The notes: generated from the letters alone by a model not told the origin. A stretch of 64,000 bases of DNA from Clostridia bacterium (GCA_041670165.1 JBAXZR010000003.1:1-64000); one strand, 5' to 3'; numbered from the stretch's first letter, positions 37,221 through 48,023 are shown. Made by a program: numbers and translations.

Positions 37221-38654
37221 ATGATTGTTCTTAGAAGCATGAATCAAATCTATGATAAATTTGTTGATTTCTTTGGAGAATTTTATACTCAAAAAATTAA
37301 CTTTGAAGAATTTATTTATAATCAAATTTCTTATGAAAACATTTCATCAGTCTTTTTAAATGCTCCAAAAATTGATAAAAAGAAACAAGAGCTTGAAGAT
37401 TTCTGTGAAATGCTTTTTCAAATTAAGGAAAGTAAACCTTCTATATGCAATTTCATAAAAGTTTTACTTTCTTCAGAAAACTTCGTTGCAATCTTTCATT
37501 TTTTGAGAAGATTTATTGTTGGTCAATTTGGAAATACAAAATTTTGTTTGTCAGCAACTGGACTTAGTCAACAAGGAAGGCTTTTTGAAAGATTTTTAGA
37601 GGTTGCTTTGTATGCTGATTTGAAACCAGCAGAGTTTTTTCCTTTTGTTTTTGCTTGTGTTGGTTGTGAGCCTTCAAGTGTTTTATTTCCTTGGAAAGAA
37701 CCAGCAAAAATGTTTTTAAGAGCTGTGCTTGAAAGTGACAAGGAAATTTTGGAAATTTTTGCTAACAAAAATGATGATATTAAAAAGATTTTGGAAACAG
37801 AAATGGGTTTGGTATATGATAGTGAAATTTCATTAGATAATGTTGATGAAACAAAATTTAAAACTGAAGAAAATCTTAAGCAAAATGTGCATATAAACAA
37901 TGAAAATGTCAATGAAGAAGTTTTTGCTAACAAACAAAATTTTGATTTGAAAGATGAAAAGGTTGATATCAAAGAAAGTAGTAAACAAATAATTGAAGAA
38001 AATAATGAAATAAATAATCAAATTGTAAATAGTGAAAAAATTGATAATTATGCTGAAAACTTACAGTTAAATGAACAGGATAAACCTTTAAATATTAATG
38101 ATTCAGTTGCTTTTAATGCTGAAAAATCATTTTTGATTTCTCTTGGCATTCATAGTATTGACCAATTTGTTAAAAGAGCAGAAGAAGAAATCGAAGACAA
38201 TTTAAAAAATGTTTTAGGAATTGAAATTAGTCCATTGAATCTTAAATTTGTTAATGGATCAAAATGCTCTGATAAGGCTGTTTTACTTTTATGTAGAATT
38301 GTAAAACTTAATGCTGACAATGAAAATTTAAACTCTTTTAACAGTTTTTCACAATTGTTTGAAATTGGTTCATTGCAACTATTTTCAAAGTTACTATTTG
38401 AAAAATTGATTACAAAAGCAAGTATTATGGAAGCTAAATGGGCAATAAGATTGGTTTCTATTTTTGCTGATGAAGAAACTGAAGCCAAAGCAATTGATTT
38501 TGTTACAAAGTTAAAAAATGAAAAATCTTTAAAAGAAGCAAAATATATGCTTAAATGCATGTTTTATGCAAAAAAACAAAAAGCAATCAGCTATATGAAT
38601 GATTTGATTGAAAAAAAGAATTCTTGGGCAATTTCTGAATGTGGTGGAAAATAA
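37221..38654 (+). CDS. Hypothetical protein with an Asn/Glu/Lys-rich low-complexity central region
   Basis: RBS agaggaaaaa before ATG 37221. No recognisable domain. Confidence 0.55.
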   Translation: MIVLRSMNQIYDKFVDFFGEFYTQKINFEEFIYNQISYENISSVFLNAPKIDKKKQELEDFCEMLFQIKESKPSICNFIKVLLSSENFVAIFHFLRRFIVGQFGNTKFCLSATGLSQQGRLFERFLEVALYADLKPAEFFPFVFACVGCEPSSVLFPWKEPAKMFLRAVLESDKEILEIFANKNDDIKKILETEMGLVYDSEISLDNVDETKFKTEENLKQNVHINNENVNEEVFANKQNFDLKDEKVDIKESSKQIIEENNEINNQIVNSEKIDNYAENLQLNEQDKPLNINDSVAFNAEKSFLISLGIHSIDQFVKRAEEEIEDNLKNVLGIEISPLNLKFVNGSKCSDKAVLLLCRIVKLNADNENLNSFNSFSQLFEIGSLQLFSKLLFEKLITKASIMEAKWAIRLVSIFADEETEAKAIDFVTKLKNEKSLKEAKYMLKCMFYAKKQKAISYMNDLIEKKNSWAISECGGK

Positions 38655-38665
38655 TTGGAGAAAAG

Positions 38666-40480
38666 ATGATAGAAATAAATAAATTAGAAAAAATACTTTT
38701 AAAAATTCAAAAACCATCAAGATACACAGGCGGAGAAGCAAATTTATCTACAAAAGTTTGGGACAAAAATGCCACAAACTTTTGTTTTTGTTTTCCAGAT
38801 GTTTATGAAGTTGGAATGAGCAATCTTGGTATCAAAATTTTGCACAAGATTTTAAACGATTTGGACGGAATTGTTTCTGAAAGGTGTTTTACACCTTGGG
38901 TAGATATGATTGAAGAAATGGAACAGAATAAAATTCCACTATTTTCATTAGAAAGTAAAACTGAAGTTAAAAATTTTGATGTTGTGGCATTTTCAATTCA
39001 AAGTGAGCTTTGCTACACTAACATGGCTAAAATGCTTAGTCTTTCGGGCATTCCGCTCTTTTCAAGAGATAGAACAGAAAATGATCCAATAATTATTGCG
39101 GGTGGACCTTGTGCTTACAACTTTGAACCTATTGCAGATTTTTTAGATGTTGTGTCTGTTGGTGACGGAGAAGAAAACATTTGTGAAATAGCCAAACTTG
39201 TCAAAAAAAGAAAAAAAGAGCATTTAAACAAAAACATATTTTTTGACATGGTAGAAAAAATTACAGGTGTGTTTGTTCCTTCAAGAATTGAAACGACTTT
39301 GGAAAATGGAATTATTGTTCCCCAAAAAGTCAATCAAATCAAAAAACAAATTTTGATGAATTTGGACTCCGCATCGTTCCCTTCTTGCCCAATGTTGCCT
39401 GTTATTGAAATTGTGCATGACAGAGCAGTAGTTGAGCTTTTTAGGGGCTGTACACACGGTTGTAGGTTTTGTCAAGCTGGTTTCACTTATAGACCTATTA
39501 GAGAAAGAAAAACTGAAACGATTTTAGCTCAGTCATCTCAGTTAATAAAAAACACCGGATACGATGAATTGTCACTTTCAAGTTTAAGCACAAGTGATTA
39601 TTCAGACATTAAAGGTCTTTTTAACAAACTTAATACAAATTTTGAAGGTAAAAATGTCCATGTTTCATTACCTTCGCTAAGAATTACTGGTTTTGATGAA
39701 GAATTTGTTTCAAACGGAAGAATGACATCTATTACATTTGCTCCAGAAGCTGGTTCTCAAAGACTTCGTGATGTTATTAACAAAAATGTTACTGAAGAAA
39801 ATATCATGGAAACATTAAAAAAAGTCTTTTCACTTGGATACACAAGTATCAAATTATATTTTATGATTGGTTTGCCAACTGAAAATTATGATGATTTGAT
39901 GGAAATGGTTTCGCTTGCAAAAAAAATCAAATCTGTATATAAAACAACAAAAATTTCAAATCGTCCACTTTCTTTAAATTTTTCAGCTTCAGTTTTCATT
40001 CCAAAACCTTTTACTCCTTTTCAATGGGAGGCTCAAATCTCTGAAGAGGAAATGAAGAGAAGACAATATTTGTTAAAAGATGAACTTAAGAAAATTGGTG
40101 TCAACTTTCAATATCATGACAGTAAAACAAGTGTGTTAGAAGCTGTGCTTGCAAGAGGTGATAGAAGTCTTTGTGAAGCCATTAAGCTGGCTTCAGAAAA
40201 CAACTGCATATTTGATAGCTGGACAGAATGTTTCAACTTTGACAAATGGAAAAAAGTTTTTGAAGAATGCCAAATTGATATGAATTTATTTCGTGGAGCA
40301 ATTGCTCTTAACCAAACCCTTCCGTGGGATTATATTGATATTGGTGTTAAAAAAAGTTATTTCTTAGCCGAAAGGGAAAATGCTTATGCGATCAAAACAA
40401 CTGATGATTGTAGAAAAGGTTGTCATGCTTGTGGGCTTGAAAAAGTTTGTGCAAAGCTTAAAGCGGAGGCAAGAAAATGA
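38666..40480 (+). CDS. B12-binding-domain radical SAM protein (TIGR03960 family)
   Basis: CxxxCxxC cluster CTHGCRFC. N-terminal B12-binding-like region. Always partnered with DUF2344. RBS ggag before ATG 38666. Confidence 0.8.
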   Translation: MIEINKLEKILLKIQKPSRYTGGEANLSTKVWDKNATNFCFCFPDVYEVGMSNLGIKILHKILNDLDGIVSERCFTPWVDMIEEMEQNKIPLFSLESKTEVKNFDVVAFSIQSELCYTNMAKMLSLSGIPLFSRDRTENDPIIIAGGPCAYNFEPIADFLDVVSVGDGEENICEIAKLVKKRKKEHLNKNIFFDMVEKITGVFVPSRIETTLENGIIVPQKVNQIKKQILMNLDSASFPSCPMLPVIEIVHDRAVVELFRGCTHGCRFCQAGFTYRPIRERKTETILAQSSQLIKNTGYDELSLSSLSTSDYSDIKGLFNKLNTNFEGKNVHVSLPSLRITGFDEEFVSNGRMTSITFAPEAGSQRLRDVINKNVTEENIMETLKKVFSLGYTSIKLYFMIGLPTENYDDLMEMVSLAKKIKSVYKTTKISNRPLSLNFSASVFIPKPFTPFQWEAQISEEEMKRRQYLLKDELKKIGVNFQYHDSKTSVLEAVLARGDRSLCEAIKLASENNCIFDSWTECFNFDKWKKVFEECQIDMNLFRGAIALNQTLPWDYIDIGVKKSYFLAERENAYAIKTTDDCRKGCHACGLEKVCAKLKAEARK

Positions 40481-41124
40481 TTTTGTTAAAACATACAAAA
40501 GTTGGTTCGGCAAAATATCTTGGACACTTGGATTTACTTCGTTCTTTTAAAAGAATTTTTAACAGAGCTGAAATTTCTATTGAAAAATCTCAAGGATTTA
40601 ATCCACACCCACTATTCTTTTTTCCGCAACCACTTGGTTTAGGAATTGAAAGTGAGTGTGAACTTGTTGTTGTGGGAGCAAATTACGAAAACAACATTTT
40701 GAATAGACTTAATAATGTTACTATTCCGGGAGTTAAATTTATTGAATGTGTCGAGATTGAAAAAAATATTAATTTGGCAGCAAACATTGTTTCTTCAAAA
40801 TTTTTAATTGAAATAGAAAATTTTGACGATATTAAAAAAGATATAGAAGAAATATTAAAAGAAAAAGAGTTGTTTATTTCGCTAAAAACAAAAAGCGGAG
40901 AAAAAGAACGAGATGTGAAAGACATGATTTATTCTTATGAATTTGCTAATAATGGAATGGTTATGGAGCTTTCTTGTGGAAATAACAATCTAAGACCTGA
41001 CTATTTGATGATTGCAATTTCTAATTTAATTAAAAAAGAATTCTATTATAAATGTAAAAGAATTGAAGCATTTATAAAAAAAGATGAAAAAAAAGTGTCT
41101 TGCAACTCATATTTTAAAATTTGA
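40477..41124 (+). CDS. DUF2344 (TIGR03936) family protein, partner of the TIGR03960 radical SAM enzyme
   Basis: N-terminus MILLKHTKVGSAKYLGHLDLLRSF is typical of DUF2344. ATGA overlap with the upstream gene. Confidence 0.7.
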   Translation: MILLKHTKVGSAKYLGHLDLLRSFKRIFNRAEISIEKSQGFNPHPLFFFPQPLGLGIESECELVVVGANYENNILNRLNNVTIPGVKFIECVEIEKNINLAANIVSSKFLIEIENFDDIKKDIEEILKEKELFISLKTKSGEKERDVKDMIYSYEFANNGMVMELSCGNNNLRPDYLMIAISNLIKKEFYYKCKRIEAFIKKDEKKVSCNSYFKI

Positions 41125-41368
41125 TTGAAATGTTTTTAATTAATATTTCTAAATCAAAGTCTAAATTTTTAAAAAATGATGAAAAAAATTTTAAAAACAT
41201 AAAACCTTACAAAAATAAGTTTCAGATTAATTTTACTGTTTAAATGATGCCTTGTTCAAATTTTAAATTAAACAGAAGTAATTATTTTTATAATATTTTC
41301 GACTATATTTCAAAACTAAATTACTACAATTAATTATTTATAAAAACGAGTATAAGCTACTTGTTTTT

Positions 41369-42256
41369 TTAGAAAAATTCAAGAAAAGCTTTTGCAACTT
41401 GACTAAGTGATTCAAAAGAATTGTATGCAATTCTAAATTCAGAACTTTCAAATTGGGTGTCTACATTCAGTTTTATGATTGAGCCATTTGCAAAGAAATC
41501 ATTTGCAATATAATCTTGAATCAAAGCAACACCAAGATTTTTCTTAACAAAGTCCAATATAAGTGAATGCCCAGAAACTTCGAATGCAGGCTCAAAAGCT
41601 ATATTATTTTTCTCAAAAATATTATTCAAGATTTTTCTTGAGTTTGACTCAGTAAGATTTGCAATAATCGGAAGCTTTGAAAGTTCACTTAAACTAAAAA
41701 TCTTTCTTTGAGATTGTTTATAAAAATCATTTCCAGCAACAAAAACATAATTTAGCTTGGTAACAAGTTTTGATTCAAGTGAAAGTTTTGTTATATCATT
41801 TGGCTGAGTTATCACAAAATCAATGTAACCATCTTTAACCTTTTGAGAAGCAATTGAACTAACTTCATCATAAATCTTTATTTTCACATTTGGATATCTA
41901 TTTTTAAATCTTGCAATTTTTTCAGATAAAAGCAATTTTGTTGCATTTGTTCCGCAAGAAATTGAAAGAGTTCCACAATTAAGACTATTGAAAGAATCAA
42001 CAACGCTTAAGGCATTTTTAAAATGGTCTAGTCCATTCTTAATTTCAAAATAGATTTTATTTCCAACTTCTGTTAAAACTACACCTCGAGTTGTTCTTAT
42101 GAAAAGAGTTGCGTTTAATTCATCTTCAAGTTTGTGTATTGTTTGCGAAATTGCAGGTTGAGAAATTAGTAGTTTTTTTGAAACCTTTGTTAAATTTTTC
42201 TCGGTTGCCACTTCATAAAAAATTTTGAAATAATCCAAATTAATATTTTCTAGCAT
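41369..42256 (-). CDS. LysR-family transcriptional regulator
   Basis: N-terminal wHTH ..NLTKVSKKLLISQPAISQTIHKLE.. and LysR substrate-binding domain. Confidence 0.85.
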   Translation of the reverse strand: MLENINLDYFKIFYEVATEKNLTKVSKKLLISQPAISQTIHKLEDELNATLFIRTTRGVVLTEVGNKIYFEIKNGLDHFKNALSVVDSFNSLNCGTLSISCGTNATKLLLSEKIARFKNRYPNVKIKIYDEVSSIASQKVKDGYIDFVITQPNDITKLSLESKLVTKLNYVFVAGNDFYKQSQRKIFSLSELSKLPIIANLTESNSRKILNNIFEKNNIAFEPAFEVSGHSLILDFVKKNLGVALIQDYIANDFFANGSIIKLNVDTQFESSEFRIAYNSFESLSQVAKAFLEFF

Positions 42257-42345
42257 AAGTAATTCTTATCTCCTTAATAACAATTTGATATTTTACTTAT
42301 ATCACAAATTGTCATATAATGCAAATGAAATAAGGAGAGAAAAAT

Positions 42346-42885
42346 ATGATTCAAGAAGCTTTAAAATTTGCTGTTGAAAAGCATGAAAAACAACTACGAA
42401 AAGGAACAAACATTCCGTACATAGTTCACCCAGTTGAAGTCATGAAAATTCTTCTAGAAAATGGAGCAACAGAACAGGTTGTTGTTGCTGGAATTTTGCA
42501 TGACACAGTTGAAGACACAAAAACAACTATTGATGAACTTAAAATTGTTTTTGGAGATGAAATTGCAAAAATTGTTGCAGGTGTTTCAGAAGATAAAACA
42601 AAAACTTGGGAAGAAAGAAAACAACATACAATAGTAGAATTGAAAAATGCTACAAAGGAAATTAAGCTTGTTGCATGTGCAGACAAACTTTCAAATTTGA
42701 AATCTATATTCCATGAAAAAAATGAAATTGGTAAAAAAATTTGGGAAAGGTTTAAAAGAGGATTTAAGCCACAGAAAAAATATTACTCTGGATTAATTGA
42801 TTCGCTCTCAGATTTGGGTGAATTAAAAATGTATTTAGAGCTAAAAAATGTTTTTATAAATGTTTTTGAAAATAAAATTATTTAA
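42346..42885 (+). CDS. HD-domain phosphohydrolase (small RelA/SpoT-type (p)ppGpp hydrolase-like)
   Basis: HPVEV...HD motif (ILHDTVEDT). 179 aa. Confidence 0.7.
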   Translation: MIQEALKFAVEKHEKQLRKGTNIPYIVHPVEVMKILLENGATEQVVVAGILHDTVEDTKTTIDELKIVFGDEIAKIVAGVSEDKTKTWEERKQHTIVELKNATKEIKLVACADKLSNLKSIFHEKNEIGKKIWERFKRGFKPQKKYYSGLIDSLSDLGELKMYLELKNVFINVFENKII

Positions 42886-43070
42886 ACGAATTCGACAAAA
42901 TATGATTTAAAAAAGTTGAATTAATATTAATTTTTAAAATAATAAACAATTAAGTATTTTTTTATTAAAATAAATTAATTTTATTAAATAAAACATAAAT
43001 TTAATTAACAATTCAAATAAATTAATATTATTTAATTATTAATTAAATTATTTATTAATTTTATTTATTT

Positions 43071-43130
<60 letters not shown>

Positions 43131-43156
43131 TTTAATAATAGGTTTTTATTAATATA

Positions 43157-43190
43157 AAGCCCATTGTATCATACAATTGGGCTTTTAAAA
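43157..43190. terminator. Near-perfect 12-bp palindrome hairpin (agcccattgtat-ca-tacaattgggct) followed by a T/A run; the only G/C-containing element in the AT desert
   Basis: Direct reading. Lies between convergent genes, so a bidirectional terminator is plausible. Confidence 0.5.
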
Positions 43191-43367
43191 TTTTTATTAA
43201 TATTTTTTTAATTTATTTAATTGTTAATAATTTATAATAATTAAATATTAATATAATTAATTATTAATTTTTAATGTATATTAAAATAAATATTAAATAT
43301 TAAATAATTAATTTGAATAAATAATTAGAAATAAATAATAATTAAATTTAATTAAATATTATTATCT

Positions 43368-43814
43368 TTAGTTATCTTCATCTTTCAAAAACTTCTTCAA
43401 TTTTTCCACATTTTTTTCTTCATTGCTTAATAGTTTTTTTGCCAAATCCAAAATTTCTTGTTCACATTCTTTGCAATCGGAAATTGCCTTGATTAAATCA
43501 ATCATGTATTCCATTGTTCCGATGATCATCATTTCTGCAATATGAGCTGTTGAATTGTCAGTTAAAATCAAGAACTTGTTTTCACTCCATAATCTTGCTT
43601 TTTCAAACCAATTATTATCTTTTAAATTTTGATTTTCACTTGTTGCAATCATGCTACACTCTTTGGCAATGATTTGATATTCTGATTCTTGCTCGCTTAC
43701 TTCTTGAATAAGATTTACACATTTGATTGACGGCATTAATTCTTGTATACTCTGAATTGCCATTTTAGTATTTTGAAAAATTACATTAAGTAATTTCAAA
43801 TTTATATTATCCAT
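43368..43814 (-). CDS. Hypothetical alpha-helical protein (149 aa)
   Basis: RBS aaaaggag before ATG at 43814. The longer ORF extension to 43991 has no RBS. Confidence 0.55.
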   Translation of the reverse strand: MDNINLKLLNVIFQNTKMAIQSIQELMPSIKCVNLIQEVSEQESEYQIIAKECSMIATSENQNLKDNNWFEKARLWSENKFLILTDNSTAHIAEMMIIGTMEYMIDLIKAISDCKECEQEILDLAKKLLSNEEKNVEKLKKFLKDEDN

Positions 43815-43916
43815 TTTGTTCTCCTTTTCAATATCTTGCATTCTTTCAAAATTATTATTCAATAAGTTTAGTAATTTTTTATGTATTATTTGTCGTATTT
43901 TGCAAAAATTATATAT

Positions 43917-44573
43917 ATGAGAAAGAGTACAAAGTACATTTTTATTTTTTCTATTATTTTTCTGACGATTGGCATCTTTTTGTTTATTCAATCTAGAAGA
44001 TTGCCTTTTTTCAATAATCTAGGTGTTTGGGGAATTGAAAAACAATATTTTTATTCTTTAATCTTAATTTCTCTAGGTTTAATTTTCGCTTTAACAGTTT
44101 TTATTCGATTTATGCGAGCTAGGAGTTTGCTTACTAGCTTGATTCTAACAACAGTATTTACTGCAGCAGCATTTTATTTTGCTGCAAAGTTTGTAACTTG
44201 GGGACCTTTCACTGGTGCAAGGACTGCCGCAACAACTGGAACAACTTCAGCATACACATTTAGCATAGGTTCAAGCATAACTGTTAATCTTGCACAAATT
44301 GGTTTGTTTGCAATTTGGCTTGTGATTGTTGCCTTGATAATGTTTTTTCAAATTAGACCTGTAAAAAAAATTCAAGTTGCATTGGAAACAATATCAAGTG
44401 GTGTTTCGTGTAAAAAATTTAAAATTGGAAAAAGTAAGCAATTTAGAAAAATTGAAGAAGAGCTAGCAAAAATATCTTCAGCGATTTGTCAGCACCAATT
44501 GAAAGTTGCTGAAAAAGAGCGTGCAAAACAAATTGCAAAAGAACGCAAAAGAAAAAATGCAAAGAAATTTTAG
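43917..44573 (+). CDS. Hypothetical membrane protein (4 TM) with a C-terminal HAMP-like or coiled-coil basic tail
   Basis: Hydrophobic helices followed by a Lys/Glu-rich tail. Start uncertain (43881 or 43917). Confidence 0.5.
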   Translation: MRKSTKYIFIFSIIFLTIGIFLFIQSRRLPFFNNLGVWGIEKQYFYSLILISLGLIFALTVFIRFMRARSLLTSLILTTVFTAAAFYFAAKFVTWGPFTGARTAATTGTTSAYTFSIGSSITVNLAQIGLFAIWLVIVALIMFFQIRPVKKIQVALETISSGVSCKKFKIGKSKQFRKIEEELAKISSAICQHQLKVAEKERAKQIAKERKRKNAKKF

Positions 44574-44581
44574 ATTTTTAC

Positions 44582-44610
44582 TTGCATTTTGAGTTTCTTT
44601 ATGATATATT
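44582..44610 (+). promoter_or_regulatory. Sigma-A promoter for rplS (TTGCAT-17-TGaTATATT), followed by a ~60-nt leader
   Basis: Near-consensus hexamers with an extended -10. Confidence 0.5.
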
Positions 44611-44679
44611 CTCTCAGTTGACTTCGGGTGCTCCGCTGTTACTAAAACATGAACACCAAGGATATAAGGAGGATAAGTC

Positions 44680-45027
44680 ATGAATATTATTGATGTAATT
44701 GAAAATGAAGGCGTTCGCAAAGATTTACCACAATTGGAAATCGGAGATACTGTTAAAGTATTTGTAAAAATTAAAGAAGGCGATAAGGAAAGACTTCAAG
44801 CATATGAAGGAACAATTATTGCAAAAAGAAATGGCTCAATTCGCGAAACAATTACTGTTCGCAGAGTTACATATGGTGTTGGAGTAGAAAAGATTTTTCC
44901 TATTAACTCACCAACAATCGATCATATACAAGTTGTTAGCAAAGGAAAAACAAGAAGAGCAAAACTCTATTTCCTTCGTGAAAGAACTGGTAGAGCAGCA
45001 AAACTTGAAACTACAATTCAAGATTAA
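44680..45027 (+). CDS. rplS: 50S ribosomal protein L19
   Basis: Full-length L19 similarity. RBS aaggagg. Confidence 0.95.
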   Translation: MNIIDVIENEGVRKDLPQLEIGDTVKVFVKIKEGDKERLQAYEGTIIAKRNGSIRETITVRRVTYGVGVEKIFPINSPTIDHIQVVSKGKTRRAKLYFLRERTGRAAKLETTIQD

Positions 45028-45035
45028 AGAAGATA

Positions 45036-45060
45036 AAACACCTGCAAAGGTGTTTTTTTT
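45036..45060 (+). terminator. Rho-independent terminator after rplS
   Basis: aacacct-gcaa-aggtgtt hairpin followed by T9. Confidence 0.7.
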
Positions 45061-45300
45061 GTCATAAAAGTGAGTTATTAAATTGCCTTTAAGAATATAA
45101 TTTTAATAATTATAGTTTAAAATTGCAAAGAAAGAAATTGATTTTCATTATATTTTCTAGTTGATTTCATATTAAATTTGAAAATGATTTAATTAAATTC
45201 GACATTATATATTAAATTTTATATAAAAAATAATATTATTTATCATTTTGATTGCTATATACGATTATTTTTTATATACTTAACCAAGTTTAGGAGTGAT

Positions 45301-46830
45301 ATGCTAGCAAAAACTTTTAGTTTTGGTTTGATTGGTTTAAAGGGTTACAATGTTGTTGTTGAAGTTGATATTGGCGGAGGATTGCCATCTTTTGACTTAG
45401 TTGGTCTCGCTGACACTTCAATTAAAGAAAGCAAAGAAAGAGTTAAATCTGCAATTAAAAATAGTGGCTATGAATATCCTATTTCAAAAATAACCATTAA
45501 TCTTGCACCTGCTGATATAAAAAAAGAAGGTCCAATATATGACCTTGCAATTGCAATGGGAATTTTGGCTGCAAGTTCTTCAGCAAATTTTGAAAAAGTT
45601 CAAGAATATGTTATTCTTGGCGAATTATCACTTGATGGAACTGTTAGAAAAATTGCAGGAGTTTTGCCAATTTTGATTTCTGCAAGGGAAAATGGTTTTA
45701 AAAAATTTATTATTCCTCATGAAAATTGTTTGGAAGCAAGCTTTATTAGTGGAATTGAAGTTTATCCTGTTTTTTCTCTTGAGCAGGCAATTAATTTTGT
45801 TAATGGAGAACAAACCATTGAACCCATTGTAACAAGCAATTTTGAAAGTACAAAAGATAAAACCGAATACAATGATTTTGCTTCTGTAAAGGGGCAATAT
45901 TCAGCAAAAAGAGCTTTGGAAATTGCTGCGGCTGGAGGACATAATGTTTTGATGATTGGACCTCCTGGAAGTGGCAAAACAATGCTAGCAAAGTGTTTTC
46001 CGTCCATTTTGCCTGATATGACTTTTGAAGAAGCACTCGAAGTTACAAAAATCCACAGTGTTGCTGGAATTTTGGATTCTAAACAGGGGATTGTTTTTAA
46101 TAGACCATTTAGATCTCCACATCACACTTCAACTATAATTAGTTTGACTGGTGGTGGAAGAACCAGTAAACCTGGGGAAATTTCTGTTGCACATAATGGT
46201 GTTTTGTTTTTAGATGAAATGCCAGAATATGATCGACATACAATTGAAGCATTAAGACAGCCACTTGAAGATGGTGTGATTACAATTGCTAGGAATGACC
46301 AAACAATTACATATCCAGCAAATTTCACTCTTATTGCAAGCATGAATCCTTGTCCATGTGGTTACTATGGAAGCAAAATTAATCAATGTAAATGTACACC
46401 ATCTCAAATAAACCGATACAGAAGTAAACTTAGTGGTCCGCTTATGGATAGAATTGATTTATACCTTGAAGTTGATAATGTTACTTACAGCGATTTGACA
46501 AGTAAAAGAACTGAAGAAAGTTCGGAAAATATTAAAAAACGAGTAAATTTTGCTCGTAAAATTCAACTTGAAAGATTTGAAGGCACAAAAACTTTTAGTA
46601 ATTCAAAAATGAGTCCAGCTTTGTGCAAAAAATATTGTTTACTTGATTGTGAAAGTGAAAAGCTACTCGAAGAAGCATTCAACAATTTGAAATTGTCGGC
46701 AAGAGCACATAATCGCATTTTGAAAGTTGCACGCACAATTGCAGATTTAGATGGAAGTGAAAATATTGAACTTCAACATCTTGCCGAAGCAATTCAATAT
46801 CGTTCACTTGACAGAAAATTTTTTAATTAA
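45301..46830 (+). CDS. comM: YifB/ComM family Mg-chelatase-like AAA+ ATPase
   Basis: N-terminal Lon-protease-like ChlI domain, then Walker A GPPGSGKTMLA and Walker B. Confidence 0.88.
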   Translation: MLAKTFSFGLIGLKGYNVVVEVDIGGGLPSFDLVGLADTSIKESKERVKSAIKNSGYEYPISKITINLAPADIKKEGPIYDLAIAMGILAASSSANFEKVQEYVILGELSLDGTVRKIAGVLPILISARENGFKKFIIPHENCLEASFISGIEVYPVFSLEQAINFVNGEQTIEPIVTSNFESTKDKTEYNDFASVKGQYSAKRALEIAAAGGHNVLMIGPPGSGKTMLAKCFPSILPDMTFEEALEVTKIHSVAGILDSKQGIVFNRPFRSPHHTSTIISLTGGGRTSKPGEISVAHNGVLFLDEMPEYDRHTIEALRQPLEDGVITIARNDQTITYPANFTLIASMNPCPCGYYGSKINQCKCTPSQINRYRSKLSGPLMDRIDLYLEVDNVTYSDLTSKRTEESSENIKKRVNFARKIQLERFEGTKTFSNSKMSPALCKKYCLLDCESEKLLEEAFNNLKLSARAHNRILKVARTIADLDGSENIELQHLAEAIQYRSLDRKFFN

Positions 46831-46842
46831 AAGGAAACGATT

Positions 46843-47934
46843 ATGGAATATAGTTTAAATGAAAAAGTTGTAATTTGGTTGACTGCATTTGAACATATGA
46901 CTGAAAAAAGGCAATATGCCATTCTTGATTTGTTTGAGAAACCACAAGATATCTTCGAAAAGTTTGAAGAAAAGAGTGAACAAATTGAAGGAATTGTTGG
47001 CAAATCAAATTTTGATAAAATGAAACCTGCATTTAATAATACTTTTTTAAATTCTTATATAAACAATCTTAATAATTTGGGCATAACAGTTGTTACAATT
47101 TTTTCTCATTCTTATCCAAAACTTATGTCAAAGGCTTTTCAACCACCAATTGCACTATTTTGCAAAGGAGAAATTGCTCTTCTTGATTCGCTTTGTTTGG
47201 CTGTTGTTGGAACAAGAAAGCCAACAGCATATGGAAAATCTATTACAGAAAAATTCACAAAAGAGCTTTGTCAAAGCGGTTTTACAATTGTAAGTGGACT
47301 TGCATATGGAATTGATACAGTAGCTCATGAAACCACTCTTGCAAGTGGCGGAAAAACAATTGCGGTTCTTGGTGGTGGATTTAACAATATATATCCTCAA
47401 ATGAATGTGGGACTGGCAAATGAAATCGCAGAAAAAGGTTTGTTAGTTTCAGAATTTGCACCAAGTACTGCTCCAACGAATTACACTTTTCCCAAAAGAA
47501 ATAGAACTGTTGCACTTTTATCTCAAGGTGTTTTAATCACAGAAGCATCAAATAAAAGTGGAACTCTTCACACAAAAAACTTTGCTCTTGAAGAGGGCAG
47601 AGAAGTTTTTGCAACCCCTGGCAATATAAACAGTGAAGAAAGCAAAGGTTCAAATGAAATGATTAGAAATGGCGAAGCATGTTGTGTCCTTTGCCCTGAA
47701 GATATTGCAACTGTCTTTAAAAAGAATGTTAAACCAATTGAATTTAAAAAACAAATCCAGTTGTCTATTGAAGAAAATCTTGTTGCTGATCTTTTAAGAA
47801 ATTCAGAAGTTTTCTATGATGATATTTTAAGTTCCACGGGTATGGAAGCAAAAAAACTTAATGGTTTGCTTACTACAATGCAAATTAGAAATATCATTAC
47901 AAAACTGCCCGGAAACTACTATACATTGTTATAA
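46843..47934 (+). CDS. dprA: DNA processing protein DprA (Smf)
   Basis: Rossmann-like core VVGTRKPTAYG...VSGLAYGIDT.AH...LG.G...YP. Confidence 0.85.
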   Translation: MEYSLNEKVVIWLTAFEHMTEKRQYAILDLFEKPQDIFEKFEEKSEQIEGIVGKSNFDKMKPAFNNTFLNSYINNLNNLGITVVTIFSHSYPKLMSKAFQPPIALFCKGEIALLDSLCLAVVGTRKPTAYGKSITEKFTKELCQSGFTIVSGLAYGIDTVAHETTLASGGKTIAVLGGGFNNIYPQMNVGLANEIAEKGLLVSEFAPSTAPTNYTFPKRNRTVALLSQGVLITEASNKSGTLHTKNFALEEGREVFATPGNINSEESKGSNEMIRNGEACCVLCPEDIATVFKKNVKPIEFKKQIQLSIEENLVADLLRNSEVFYDDILSSTGMEAKKLNGLLTTMQIRNIITKLPGNYYTLL

Positions 47935-48023
47935 AAAATGCTAATATAAGAAAAATTGTTTGATATTTTTGCTATTTGGTGATATTTTAGTTGCGAATGA
48001 TAATAGAAATTTAAGGAGAATTA

